A DNA stretch of 64,000 bases, taken from NCBI GenBank assembly GCA_040954595.2, contig CM082589.2, positions 8,502,232 through 8,566,231 of the forward strand, given 5' to 3'. Positions 1-14,100 of the stretch are shown here, piece after piece. The notes beneath the pieces are model-generated. The model was not told the DNA's origin. It did not search any database and saw nothing but the letters and a program-made list of their open reading frames with translations. The first letter of the stretch is position 1; each line of letters starts with the position of its first letter. This stretch comes from Balanoglossus misakiensis (taxonomy: Eukaryota > Animalia > Hemichordata). Both the position numbers and the translations under genes were made by a program.

Positions 1-100
1 TAACACACACTTGGCAGCCTAACAGGCCTGGGTGCCAGGATTCTAGGCACCCTGGAAATCAACCCAGTTTCAACTGACTTGGCAGCGTTAGGGTAATTAA

Positions 101-709
101 AGGGGAAATCCGTCGTAGCTGATTTCTACATAATTTGGTAGCTTTGATGTCACTCTTTCAGAAAAAAACATATTCGCCATGTATAGGTCGCGCGATTTAT
201 TACAAAATCTAGAGAAAGTTCCAATATGGCGTTTACTGTAATTTGAATCATGGGAAAAAAAGCGCCAGGACCAACTTCCGCCCACCTTAGTGTGGGTGAT
301 ACCATTTTCCGATTGGTGTCACTGCGTCACAAGCTAAGCGTATTTGCATATTTTCGATGGGTTATAGCTCATGAAAACTGTCAATAGATGACAAATTTTC
401 GACTTTGCTGATGATTGTTTATCAACTGATGCAAAGAACAAACAATAGCTATGAAAATACGCCTAGTCTGTCGCCCAGTGACACCTATCGGAGAATGGTA
501 TCACCCACACCATGGTGGGCGGAAGTTGGTCCTGGCGCTTTTTTTCCCATGATTCAAATTACAGTAAACGCCATATTGGAAATTCTGCCAACTTTCCCTA
601 GATTTTGTAAAAAATCGCGCGACCTATACATGGCGAATATGTTTTTTTCTGAAAGAGTGACATCAAAGCTACCAAATTATGTAGAAATCAGCTACAACGG
701 ATTTCCCCT
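101..709. mobile_element. TTAA-flanked non-autonomous DNA transposon (Kolobok-like) with about 200-bp TIRs
   Basis: TTAA at 97-100 and 710-713; AGGGGAAATCCG...CGGATTTCCCCT ends; explains the mirror-image ORFs 97..285(-) and 405..713(+). Confidence 0.85.
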
Positions 710-3588
710 TTAAAGATAAAAAGATAAATATGTTTTCTAGTACAGATATAATAATAACAGCCAGTGTCACATTGATATAGATAGCCCTGAAAGAAGAGAT
801 ATTTTTTTTTATAAATACAACTTACATACAGAGCACATAGCTTCTCATAAAATATTTTATTTTCTCACATAACTTTGTTTTTCAAAAAGAAAAAAGAAAA
901 AAAAGAATTTAGATCTTATATCTCCTCTCTACAGTGTCTTCTTCAACTTGAAGTTGAACTTGTGTTGTGTCATCGTCAACTTTGAAGTCAGAGACCATTA
1001 TTTCGCAACTTTAGAGTACCTGGATCGTGTTTATAATTATTTGGGCAAACTTCTAAGTGCAAGTCAAACCCATTGTGTGAACATAAAGTGTGTATCAACT
1101 ATGGGTTCTTGTTTGGTTTCCTAATGTGGGATTGAATATCTAATACTTATCTTCTCAACAACTATTAGCAATCTAGCCGTATTTTGTCCGCTTTGCTTCC
1201 AAAAAACAAAGCAGACAAAATACGGCTAGGTACTTGGCTACAAGTACTATTAGTAATCAACATTGTTCAAAAATTGCATTCAAGTCTGCCCTTCAATGAA
1301 AGTGTCAACAAAACAGCAATGGTGGGTACACACATGCATGACTTGTTAATGAGTGGAAAACTGACCATTTTTTGGATAAAGGGATGATACATGTACATAA
1401 AACAAATAATGTTGAGAAAAAACCCTGAAAATAACCATAAGTTGTATCGCTACATACAGTCCAGATACATGCGTATATTCTCTGGAATATATAGTTCCCC
1501 TGTCCATCAACCAGTTTGGTATAAGCCCCCCTTTCTCAATATGGCCTGAGGTACACCACACAATAGCAGTGTATTTTCTATACTAAGGCAATATCTTAAG
1601 TTTCCTTGAAGTTTCTTGACACAGCTGATGGTATTCATTAGATGGGAAAATGATAATTGGTTTTGGGGCTTGCCAATAGGTAATACCACAGATAAGTAAA
1701 CTTAATTTGACCCTTAGCCACTTCAAAGGATTGCTATTTATTTGGACTGTCGCCTGGTGTGTTAAAGCCAGTTTGTAAAGGCCTATTGTTAGCATGTACC
1801 GTTAGCTAAATAATAGATGCACACTTAAAAAGTATGTCAATGGTGTTGCTGTGATATCTTTGGAGTTGTTCTTTTTGTCACAAACATGTAGTGGAAAGTA
1901 TAATTAAAAGTGATCTACAACAAATAGTCTGGATAATGTTTCAGTGTAAAAAGCCAGTGTTGTTTGTGTGCACTAGCCTGCCAGTCAGTGTTGTAGGGAT
2001 ATTGACGTAAACTAAGACCAAGCTGTGATGGACAGCTATTGTTAGACAGAGTTTACTGAAATAACCTCTTGAGTCTTGTGGAATAAGTAATAGGTATTGA
2101 ACAATGGGCATGTCATTGTGCGTCACAGTTGATGTGGTGCACCCATGGAAAATAGCAAGTTGTTTTTTTTGTATGCAGAATGAGATCCATATTGTTGAGC
2201 GTGGTATGTTTGTGCACTGGGAGGCAATCTAAATTGTTACTATCATGAGCTGTACTTCCATGCCTGGTTACCAGTTTAATCCATAAAATAATTAATTAGC
2301 AGTGTTAGATAAATTGTATTAAACTTAAAGCATCCCTTACAATCAGAAATTCTCAATTTAAAGCACTTTGGCATTATTAAAGGGACATTAGCTGTAACTT
2401 TTGGCTTTATGACAAATAAATTCTAGTCAAGACTTGAATGTTTCAGGGATTCAAACAAGAAAGTGCAGTAGATACCCAAAACAAAAATGTTTAAAACATG
2501 GCAAAAAAATACAGTTTAAATCATAGAGAAAAAATACAGCTAATTGTAAATAAAGTTATTCCTACACCATCAATTTATTCATAGTCCGACCATGCCAAAA
2601 AGACTTTTCTTGTGAGTTCATTTTGTTAGTGTCACTTTATACACATTTGATATCACTTGGCTACATTGCCTAACTCTTAGATGACACAATTTCTAATATA
2701 CCCTCCTCAAAATTAACTAGGTGAGTTCCGACACACCCACGCCTCATTTCAGGCTGGAACTGAACCCCTAGCACACATATCCAAACTTGCTTGGTTCCGG
2801 TTGATTATTGGTTCAGGTCCAACGTAGCTTGTGATGCAGTGTCAGGGCTGAAAACCTGTACCTATAACGTTTACACAGAGCTGACAGAGTCTCCTTTTGT
2901 CCCAGTCTCCAGTGGCCTTGGAAATATCCAAGACAGGACAGAACATAAAAGGTGAAAGAAGCCAAACAATGGGATGTCTGGGTAATCTCTTTTTGTATTA
3001 TGCAGTGTGTAGCTTTTGATGATTCTAAATTGGGAATCAAGCATACATGTAGGTGGCAAGTTCGTCATCTAAAACACTTTTCCCCTCATAAAGCATGTTG
3101 CCAAATATAGGTTCACCCTTGCAGTTGCACAGAGACGATTTGGGCATTTTTAGGGACGTTAGCTGCAGTGTGCCCTTTAGCAAACATAATATTTAAAAGC
3201 TTCGAGTCAATTTGAGAATTTCTAAAAATTTCTCTGAGTCAGCCCTATACCTTTGCATGACTTGTGGATAATTTTCTTGAGTCACCTGTGAGTTTGTTGA
3301 GTCAGTTCCGCACCATATGGGCTTAGACTTAGAAGGCACACTGGTTAGCTGTATCTTTTGGCTTTTTTTTGCCAGCATTTTGTTCTGTGTGCCAAACACA
3401 ATGTCTTGTTCTACTCTACACAGCATGCTAATAATACTTGACAACACAGCCTGTATGTGTGTAACAGTCATTGTTATTGTTGACAAATTAATTCTAGTCC
3501 GGACAAGAATACAAACAGAAAATTGAACAAGAAACTGCAGTTACATACACAAAAAAATACTGAAAACAGCAAAAAGCTACAGCTAATG

Positions 3589-4011
3589 TAGCCCGGAGAC
3601 GCGGGCGTTGATCTAGAATCTAGAATACAACGCCCGGTGACAGTCGAGAAATTTCCTGCTGAGCTGAAAGATAGTAGCCCTGGCAACGATCAGGGTCGCT
3701 TAGTAACGAATGGATAACGAGTGATCTATCAAATGTTGACGGGCGCCAGTGGTTGGATGATATAATTAACAAAGCTTGGTAAACCACTCCCACATCCCGT
3801 CGCGGGAATTTCACACATGACTCCACCTCTATTTCCTTATTTAGAATGCGATGATGTCATTTGGTTTACATTGAGTGACCAATTAGCTTACACACAAGAT
3901 TTACCACCCGTGTCGTTCTGCGCACAGAATTCGGTGCGTAAATAGAGACTGTCCCCGGGCGTTCCTTTTCCCCTAGACCAAAGCCCGTGTAAAGCCCGCG
4001 TCTCCGGGCTA
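3589..4011. mobile_element. Academ-like non-autonomous transposon (TAG...CTA ends, 9-bp TSD)
   Basis: TIR TAGCCCGGAGAC/GTCTCCGGGCTA; CAGCTAATG duplicated at 3580-3588 and 4012-4020. Confidence 0.75.
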
Positions 4012-4152
4012 CAGCTAATGGAGCTTTATAGGAAAACATGTAGCAGTGGGTTTTGTAACTTGCATTTAAGGAAAAAAGTTTAATTGACTGAATGGTTGCA
4101 GCGAAAAAAAATTAAAAATTTAAGGTTATCAAGTCACCATGACTTTAAATAA

Positions 4153-4500
4153 AGCCTCTAGAGCTGCCACTTTTTGCATTATTTTCATGACTTTATGTTC
4201 CAACTTAAATTATTGCATCTAAATAAGTTTACTGACAGGTATACATGAACATCTCATCGATGCCCGATTGTGACTGCATGTTGCAATTTGAACACGCTAT
4301 GTATTAAACAGGTGCAGCACCAATTTAATCAGCCTCAATACAAACAGTACCCAGCTATCGTGGTATGCGTCGGCAAGAGATGACAAACTGATGCAAATGC
4401 AAGTAATATAGCTTAATGGTGAGGATTTTAGAGGATAGGGAATATATTTGAAGTATTTTATTGTGGCAAAAATATGTATAGTTTGGCAGCTATGGGGGCT
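4153..4500. mobile_element. MITE family K2 (AGCC(T/C)CTA(G/T)AGCTGCC TIR, TTAA target); other copies 11194-11542, 17385-19697 (interrupted), 21069-21417, partial about 48354-48465
   Basis: about 350-bp dispersed copies in both orientations with TIRs and TTAA or near-TTAA flanks. Confidence 0.85.
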
Positions 4501-6583
4501 TTAAGCCTATTTAGGAGCAGATATTTTAGATCCAATCTGGCATATCAGGGAAGATTATGGGATCCATTGTCACCATACAGATGTGTGTATGATTTATGTA
4601 TGTCCAACCTTATAGAACTGCGTCATGGTATTTGTTGTGTACAAACATTGCAGGCTGTAATTACTGGAATTTGTTCAAATTAAAGGACGTCACAAAGTGT
4701 GATTTTTGCAAAATCTGGGTGGGAGATTTAGTAGCCAGTAGTGGTTGTTTTCACCAACCACAAGTCATCAGTGTTTGCTAATCTGAACAAATAAAAACAC
4801 CTAATATCAGAAAATGGCTATTTCTGGTGAATTAAGTTTGTTGTTATTCTAATATTTTTATTTAGTTTTAAAAACCTCTTCTCTATAATAACTTCCCAAT
4901 TTCTTAAAAAAAATAATTTGAGGGTGTGCAGAGATGGTTTCTTTCATTTTTTTCAAATCAAAGTGAAGAAATGAACGTAATATTTTGGGGGCAAATTTCG
5001 CAATCTTTGGTCAAAAACTCTATTTCTCATGAACTTCTACCCTGATTCAGAGATTGCTTTGAAATTTGGTTTGCAGGTTCCTAGGTATATTCTCATGAAT
5101 ATTCACAAATGCTATGATGAAAGTGTCAATATTGACATGTGTCAACAAATGATCATGGGCAATCTAAAGAAAGCAGTTTGCAGATTTGTAAAAGAAAGTT
5201 AGAAATATGCCAAGTATTATGCTCATTTACATTTACACTGTTACAGAATGTTTTATAACACACCATGCAGCGAACCCTCGATCGTGATTCGTCAATACGA
5301 CGTCACGTGACCTTAGTCATTTCGAACTGTTGCCTAGGGCATCAGTTCGATCGGTTTGGTGTGTTATAAAACACATGATGACTGACATATTCGGGCAACA
5401 GTGTATTTTTAATGACCTCGGGACTGCCAGTCACACCAAAACAGTCTGTTTTCCCTCGGGCTATGCCCTCGGGAAAACAAGACTGTTTTAGTTGTGACTA
5501 GCAGCACCCTCGGTCATCAAAATACACTGTTGCCCTCATTGTCAGTCATCATGTGTATATTGTCATCCAATCAGCACTCGCGTCATATAGAGCTTTCGAT
5601 TCTGCTAGAGTGTGGGATCAATTTTATCGCACACTCTCGATCCCACACTCCCAGCGGCCAGGAGTGTGAGAAATTATATGTAATATCTCAATCGTGTGAG
5701 TGACACCATTTTAAGGGGCACTGGTTCCCCCCCCCCCCCTCTTGACAAATTTCTAGGGGGTACCAACATGCCAACAGAGGGTGAATCCCCCATCCCCCCA
5801 CCTAGATTACTGAGTTACACTGGTCTGTCTTTTATGTTCAGTAAAAAATAACTACTACACCAAGTCATCATTCTAAATATAATGATATAATTTAATCCCA
5901 TCAGTGTGTTGATAAATTTATCAGTGACCTTTTCAAACTCTCCATGTAGGAGACCACCTACAGCATACCCCGGGTATAAGCCACTGTCTGATTTTTCAAT
6001 ATCAATAGAACTACATTGGGTGAACATTGGGTGGTTGAATTCAAAAATTCTTAAGGCTGAACAAAATCATGAATGTTACATTATTATCTGTGTTGAGAAT
6101 AACACTTATCTCTGAGTGACAGTTGCTTACAACTTAGGATGAATAACTATTTGTCAAAAATGATTTGTATGGATTGGAAGATAACATTGAACAGATATTT
6201 GCTCGTTGTCATCAGCAGTAGAATTAAATTTTAAATGTGGCAGTAATTTCAGAATCATTACAATAATAATTTTGTTTTTTAATTTTAATAGCAATGCCTG
6301 TTGGCTGTGGAATTTTCATAACAAATATAAACCTATTGTTTCCGGCATTTTCCCAACAGGGCTGTAGGATTAAGTATCAAACAAGATTTTTGTCACGGTC
6401 TAAATCTATAAGATTTTTTCTTTTGTTTTTTGCTAAGTGAGGAGCATTAAAATTATGTGAACAGTGTTGTTTGAAAGTTTTAAAGAGAAAAAAATCATGG
6501 AAAACAGTAATTTACATATTCAAGAAACAATAAATATCACATGAATCAGTTTGCATATTTTGGAAAGAGAGATGGTGGTGAAT

Positions 6584-6642
6584 TAGCCCGGAGACCAGGG
6601 CGTCGATCTAGATCTCTTTTCGACGCCCTGGTCTCCGGGCTA
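6584..6642. mobile_element. 59-bp miniature of the same TAGCCCGGAGAC family
   Basis: same TIR, near-complete hairpin, TSD GTGGTGAAT/GCGGTGAAT. Confidence 0.75.
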
Positions 6643-8070
6643 GCGGTGAATATCTGTGCGGAAGTTCTGTAAAACGGGAAATTTTCACGACAGGACATCA
6701 AAGGTGGCAACTGTTACCGTTTACGCAATGATTAATTTTCACGTTCTCATATTTCACTGCATCGTTATCTCCAAAAAAATTTTTTATGCGACTGTTTATT
6801 TTCATGTTTTTCAATTTTGTGTCTCTCGTGTAGTTCGCAAACATTTATCTTTCGCGAAAATTTCCTGTTTTATGGTATGTAGAGGCTTTCCTTGACTGTT
6901 TCAGAGAAAGTTAGTTCTGTTCAATGTATTCTAAAATTATGAATGAATTCTACTTTGAACAAATTCTGATTCATGAATAAAAATGCCAGTAAAAATAATT
7001 ATTTGGCCATAATATTTTTTGGCAACTTGCATATTTCAAGTATCAAGGAATCTTTCATTGTATAATTTTCTTCCACTTTCAGAGTGTAATTCTCATGAGT
7101 TTTCCCCTCAACATCAATTCACAGTATCGAGTGATTTCAATGTGTTGTTCAATCAGACAGCAATGAGCATAATATGATATGACAAAAGATGGTGAGTGCC
7201 ATCAATGTCGTCAGCTAGCATTCCTACTATTTCAAAACAGTTCTCTAAAACCAGCGTAATTCATCTTAAGATATTCCCTGAGGCTTGATTCTCTGTTGGT
7301 GGCAGGCTGACCTTTGGTGACCTTTTTCTTTCATTGATATATTGCAGAATGCAGCTGACAAGTCTAATGAAAATATATATATACATGATGTTGGTCATTC
7401 CATCAAATTCTTAAGAGCAATTATGTCTTCAAAATAACAATACATTGCTATAGCAACAATGTATTGACTAAAATCACTATAGTAATAGGTAATAATAATA
7501 CACAGTTGTTCTATAAATAAAAAAGAAACTCTTTTAACTTTAAGTTGAAATTATTATCCCAGCTTGAAGAGCAAAGATAAAGCCAGTTTGCGGCAAATTG
7601 TAAACTATAATAATAATATTGGATTTTAGACCTCAAGTAAAACTTTGTGAAAACTAGAAAATTAAAGTGGGTATGTATGATATGGTCGAATCTTTAACTC
7701 AATATTAATATTGTAGCATAACAAGTATGCTCATTATAAAATACGAGCACTAAATCAATGCCTAAAACTTAGGCATTTATCTCACTCCCTATGACTTAAG
7801 TTAAAGGGACATCAGCTATGTATCTTTTGGCTTTATTTAATAATCCAAACAGCATGCTAATATACACAGTACTCAACTTGTCAATGTAGCTGTTAAATGT
7901 GTGGCACGACCCTAGTTGTTGTTGATGACAAATGAATTCTAGTCCGACTTGAATTCAAATTTTATATATATATATATATAATTCATGAAACATGATTGGT
8001 ACTTCGGTTAAAATGTTAACTTGTGGAAAGAAAACTTTTACTCAGTAAATTTTTTTTACATCGTTTTCAG

Positions 8071-8163
8071 GTCAGTCAACACCACTATCCAATGGATCCA
8101 GTCGTACACATGTATCGGCCAGAGCAAGCCAGCTTAGTGGAGAATCAGCTGATATCTTATCTG
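8071..8163 (+). CDS. PDE10A: PDE10A-like putative N-terminal exon ([31 protein letters not shown])
   Basis: ttttcag acceptor, G|gtatta donor, open frame, phase 1-1, joins the 10056 exon in frame; no recognisable homology. Confidence 0.6.
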
Positions 8164-11100
8164 GTATTATATATTATTATTAGAATTATTACTACAAGTT
8201 TACCGGTAACCTTAATGCTTATACCTGTTCAGAGTCTCAAGACCCTTAAAATACGTATTTGCCATTTTTTTCTGAAACATATTTTGACTGTCTTGGCATT
8301 GCTCTCCTACCTACTTAGACACACTTGGCAGTCTGAACCCCCTGTAAAATGAACCAAATCACACTGGTTTGCACTGTATTGGTCTGAGGGTCTTGTATAG
8401 GCCCTACTGATTAACACACACTTGGCAGCCTAACGGGCCTGGGAGACCGGATTCTAGGCACCCTGGAAATCAAACCAATTTCAACTGACTTGGCAGCATT
8501 AGGGTTAATGGTTTAAAGAATTGTTTTGCATATGAACTGCAGATGATTTTGTGATTCACTTCTACATAACTTTGGTATTGCCTTTCATTACTGTGAGAGT
8601 GAAGAAAAATAGTCCCTTTCAAAATTCAATTTTTCAGATCAATTTTTTCTCTCGATATTCTCTCAAAATGAAACATTTACAACAAACCTCATGTATTAAC
8701 AGATCAAAACATACATACAGAGTGAATCGAAATTATCATAAGCCATTTAATAACAATGCAAATTAGTCACTTGTTCTTTCGATAATTTTATGGTGTTTTA
8801 ATGGCAAAATATGCAAATGAGTAAACAAGTGGTATGTTCTGTTTGTAAACATCAAACACCAAGAACACTAGAGCTGTGTTATGATCGCCGAAACATGGGG
8901 ATTTTTCAACGTTCTGGCTTATATTATACCTTTCAACTTTTTTCAGAAAAGAAAAGCATTTAGTTGTCACTACATTTGTGAACCTCAAAAATTTCGAAAA
9001 TCTCTCACTATCGCCAATGGTCTCAAATATTGTCGATGTGATCGACCCAAGCGAAACTATGCTGACCCAACATGACCCTACTTTGCATAACAAAGGTTGC
9101 ATAATTTTGCCCAATGAATGATGGTCTCTGAAATGCATCGTCTCTGCTGCATCACTGTACTGAAAATCACTGTGCTACAATTCTCCTGTTATTATTGCAC
9201 ATATTTCCTCACAAAAATCGAAGTTTCGATCGTGGCGTATTGAGTTCTGTCATACTATACCGTACTCATCCCATTATAAGCCCCTAGGGAGTGAAAGGAA
9301 CATTTGAAAATTTGACAAACAATCCCTTTTTAAGCTTTTCACAAAATCCCGCCAGGTCACATGACTAATTAAAAATTCACACGTTCCATGCACGACCTCC
9401 CATTGGCCCCGACCACTGACTGTGCCAAAATGTGGGAACTGTGGGCGTAGTAGTTTTGACATCTAGACGAGCAAAGATTTGCCATGAAAAAAAAAAAGAA
9501 AAGAAAAAAACAATTCCAATAAGGGCCCATCGGCAGAGGCTGGGCCCCAATAATCATTGAAATTTACAGTAAATGTCAGAGGGAATGTCGCTAACACAAA
9601 GATGTGATTGCCTTCGAATGTCAATGGGTTATTAGCATATCAATGCAGGATTGTGGTGGGTGGCGATAGAGAACGCTCAATGTGACTTTCTCTAGCATTT
9701 GGAAAATGCCGTAATTTTCAGTGATTACCACTGTGAAAAATAATTAAGCTAGATGTCAGTGCTTTACATCTACATGATTTTATGTAAAATGACAGCTGTT
9801 TACACGAAAAAAAAAATATTGGGACATCTCTTCATTTGTACAAGGATCTATTTATGCCTTGAGATATGCAAATGATGAATCACTTTTCATCCATAAAATT
9901 AAGGTGACTTCGAGTTTTATACGTCATGTTTCTTTTTGTCATGAAGCATGTGTGAATTTTTCTTGCCTAAATATTTTGGTCAAATTTGCGGAGGGATTTC
10001 CACTCTAATTTTATAATTTGTTAAATTATCATGTTCTTGTCTTTTTTATTTTTAGAACATATTTATCCAGAACAAGTTAAACTGTTTTTGAATGAAAATC
10101 CTGCATTTTTAGAGGAGTATGTGATGAACAATGTCAATCAAGAGGAATTGGAACGATGGTTAATACGGCGAGCACAAAGAGGGGTGATAAGTACAAAGGA
10201 TTCTAATAAAGTTGAAAGTAAGTGTATCTTTTAATTATGGTGATTTTAAAGGGCCACAGTCTTCTTATGCACATGTGCCAAACCAGAGGCTCTGGTTACA
10301 AAAATTGTATACAAGTCAATACCATGAGGCATTGTGCTGTCCTAACAACAGACAAGATGGCGACGACCATAGTCTGTATCGGAGATCGGGAAAAGCAGAA
10401 AATTGGGTGAAAAGAAGAGACAAAATGAAGTCTGCGTACGAAATATGGAACAAAGCGAAGGCGGCCCACTATTTGAATGTGTCAAATGCAAAATTTGCAG
10501 ACTATTTGGATTGGACGTAATGTTGCGTATGAGATTATTGTCTCTGCCTTTAACCTTTGCTGTGCCACGCAAATATATGGGACAAGAACTCTTAGGCCCA
10601 TGACGTTTTGCCAGTAACAAGGAAATCTTGATGTTCCAAAACATTTTTCTTTAACTTTCCAGAATTTCAATCAAAAACAAAGGAAGTGCATTTTGAGATA
10701 CAAAAGTAAAAATATAAGTACGCAGACACAGTGTCGGAAACAAGGTTGCGCACATTCTTATGCTAATCATCGCACATCAGCTTGTTCCCCATATTTTCAT
10801 TGAGAAACTGTCTAAAAACTGATTTCATTTTGTTTTGCAGGACCATTAATTCTTTTAACTGTTTTTTTATTTTAAACTAGGGACAGGTTCACCACCACGT
10901 CGCTTGTCAAGATGGAAGGTAGGTCGAAGTTTGAAATCAATCAGGCGCAGGGTCATTCAAGTTCTACCCGTCAGTCACCCTGTTCATACTGAAAATAGTC
11001 AGGAATGGACATATACGCGTGTAAGACGTCTCATTCATAGATGTTCACAATGCATGTGGCCTAGACAATGTTTCTCCTATGTACAAAACGATACTTTGCT

Positions 11101-14100
11101 GTCAATCTTTTTGATGTGTCTCACATGTTGACTTTCAAACCTGCATGTTTACTCCTTCCCATGGGCTTGCACATGTATGCCTTTTTCTGTTAAAGCCCCT
11201 ATAGCTGCCAAATTTCACATATTTTTTTCCACAATAAAATACTTCAAATATATTCCCTATCCTTTAAAATCCTTACCATTAAGCTATATTACTTGCATTT
11301 GCATCAGTTTGTCATCTCTTGGTGACACATACCACGATAGCTGGGTACTGTTTGTGTTGAGGCTGATTAAATTGGTGCTGCACCTGTTTAATACATAGCG
11401 TGTTCAAATTGTAACATGCAGTCACAATCGGGCATCGATAAGGTGTTCATTTATACCTGTCAGTAAGCTTATTTAGTTGGACCAATTTAAGTTGGAAAAT
11501 AAAGTGATGAAAATAATGCAAAAAGTGGCAGCTCTAGAGGCTTTAATACTGTTGATAGCAAATAAGTTCAAACGTCAAAAGACACTTGATTCTCTGTTGA
11601 AGCCAACAAAAACCTTCAACAGACACGGACTCGGGTGCTAATGGGCTTACTAACAAATACCGAATACATCCAGTGACTGTGTATCAGTGGGACTTTTTTG
11701 TTTTTGATATGAGGTCTCCTTACACCATATATTTGGTGTGTATGCATTTTTCCACAGCTTACATGTACACTGAACACAAGCATAAAAATAGAAAACACTG
11801 ATCCCAAAATGGGACCGAAGTGTCCTTGACGCTATGTTTTTACAATATGTTAAACTTTTTCAGAGTCATTTGCAGATTACAACAGGCCAAGTACCAAGTT
11901 CATTCTTCCATGATTTCCTCTCCTACTTTTCAAAACAATGTAGCAGGAACTCGAGTATGCCATTTGCAGTGATGAACAAGTCTGTTTTTTATTTTCAATT
12001 TCAGTTCTGTGTGCACAAAGACAAGAGGAAAATGTTGCAAGAACTCACCCGAGATATTCACCAACATCCAAACAAGGCACAAGTTTTAAATGAACTCACA
12101 GACTGCATAAGCTCAGCCGTCAATGCAGATGGCAGTCATCTTTATCTAGTTGGAGAAAATGCAAATGTAAGTTTCATCTGAATTTTTATGACAGGGCAAT
12201 GAAGGCAAATGATCTGGTTAAAGGCCCATGAGCTGCAACTGGATATTAAAAATTAAGCTTTAAATAATTTCGATATGCTTTTAATTCAGTCGAGTAAGTC
12301 TTATTGCCTGATAATATATCAAAATAACACTTTTTTAGGACAAAATATCACTCAATCAAAAATTCTCTTATAGCTGAGATTTCAGAAAAAAAAATAGTAG
12401 GGATTCTGTGATCAAGACAAACCATAGAAATGTTTATTTTTAAAGAGTGGATCTCTTATTCTTCATCCTAAAGGGACAAAGTCTTTCTCTTGCTGCCCTT
12501 TTTCCATTAATTATGTTTGATACAAGACACTGTTTATTTTATTCTACATGTGTATATGTAGTGAATGAACGTTCAACCACACACAACTTCCATCCCGGGA
12601 TAGAAGGTGTGTGTTGTTGAACATTGATTCACTTTATATCCACATGTTCATTAATAAAAACATTGTCTTCTATCGAACATAATTAATGGAAAAAGCGCAA
12701 CGAGAGAGAGACTTTGTCCCTTTAAACCTTGTGTGGCTTATGCTCTTCTTTTATTTACTACAAATGAAAATATTACAGTTATTATAAAAATTATACAGAC
12801 AAAAATGAGAGGACACAACCGTCAAGTACATTCAGTAAGAATATCTTGACATGTTTGTTTGGTATATCTCTGAATGAAATGTTTATTTTTTTTCTCCTCC
12901 AGGAACTTTATCTTTTCAAGCCAAGTGATTTAATGTAAGTATTGATTCAGTCAGCAGTGTAGCATTCAGTGTAATGCCTGTCTGTAAATGAAGAGAATGT
13001 GAAAATAGGTTAACTGTGAAGCATTATGTGTCAGTAAAGTGTTGAAGTAATCACTGAACAAATACATGATTTCTTCCAGAGACAATACGGCCAGATGGAA
13101 AATTGATAAAGGTCTGACAATAGCTGGCTTTGTGGCTCATTCTCTACAAACAGTGTGCACGTCAGAAAGTGATGGTCAGCTTGAACAGGTGAGATACTTG
13201 AAATAAGTGCCATACATTTGTGAATTTGGAGTATGGTCATGTGATCAAACTTATTAAACGGACAAAGTCGCTGCTGTTTTTACATTAATTATGTTTGATA
13301 CAAGACACTGTTTATTTTATTCTACATGTGGATATATAGTGAATCAATGTTCGACCACACACAACTTCCATCCCATTTGTAGGATATGAGAGTACAAATC
13401 TCGCCAAAATGAATAAATAGTAGAGACGAGTGAATTGAGTCAATAATTACAAACACTCAAACATAAATCATGATGGCCTTCTAATGCAAGAAAAGCCATG
13501 GTAATCTGACTCAATCAAAAGTTAATAAAATTGGTCATTGCTGACTTAATGTCACATTCTAGTGTTTACAGTTCTGTGATGTCAACTCAAAATTTGAACG
13601 TTTTGTTTTCAATTTTCAGGATATGAGGTACTCTGAAGGTCTTGCTATAAAAATTCCAGAAGTCCAATCAGTGTTGGCATTACCTATTATCCAGTCCAAT
13701 GGGGAATGCATAGGTGAGTGTACAGTGTACATACGTGAACCGTTGCTTCAAACACTGGTAGCATTGTTCTACTGTTATTTCATAAACAATTAGCTGTCTC
13801 GAGACAAAAAAAACAATATAATTTCTCCACCATAGGCCAAATAAAATATGTGGTGTTCCGATTACCAGACCTACCCTAATTTGAGCCCGCCGACCCTAAA
13901 CATTTTAGAGCTTCGTCAACCGAAAGTAAGAAAAACAATGTCAAATATCAATATTTAAGAAAATTGCGAGAATCACGCAAGAACTATGACGTCATAATTC
14001 TACACAACGGCAGCCAAAGATAGAAAGAAAATTGCAAAGTAAAAAAAAATTCCCTACCTACCTACCCTATTTTTGAAAACCATGTACCGGTAATCGGAAC

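Noticed and set aside
97-713. Mirror ORFs 97..285(-) and 405..713(+) with near-identical peptides
   Set aside because: They are the two TIR arms of one MITE, not a duplicated gene.
10212-10520. ORF with WVKRRDK, echoed at 31.2 kb and 44.3-44.6 kb
   Set aside because: Internal sequence of MITE family K3; frames are not preserved between copies.
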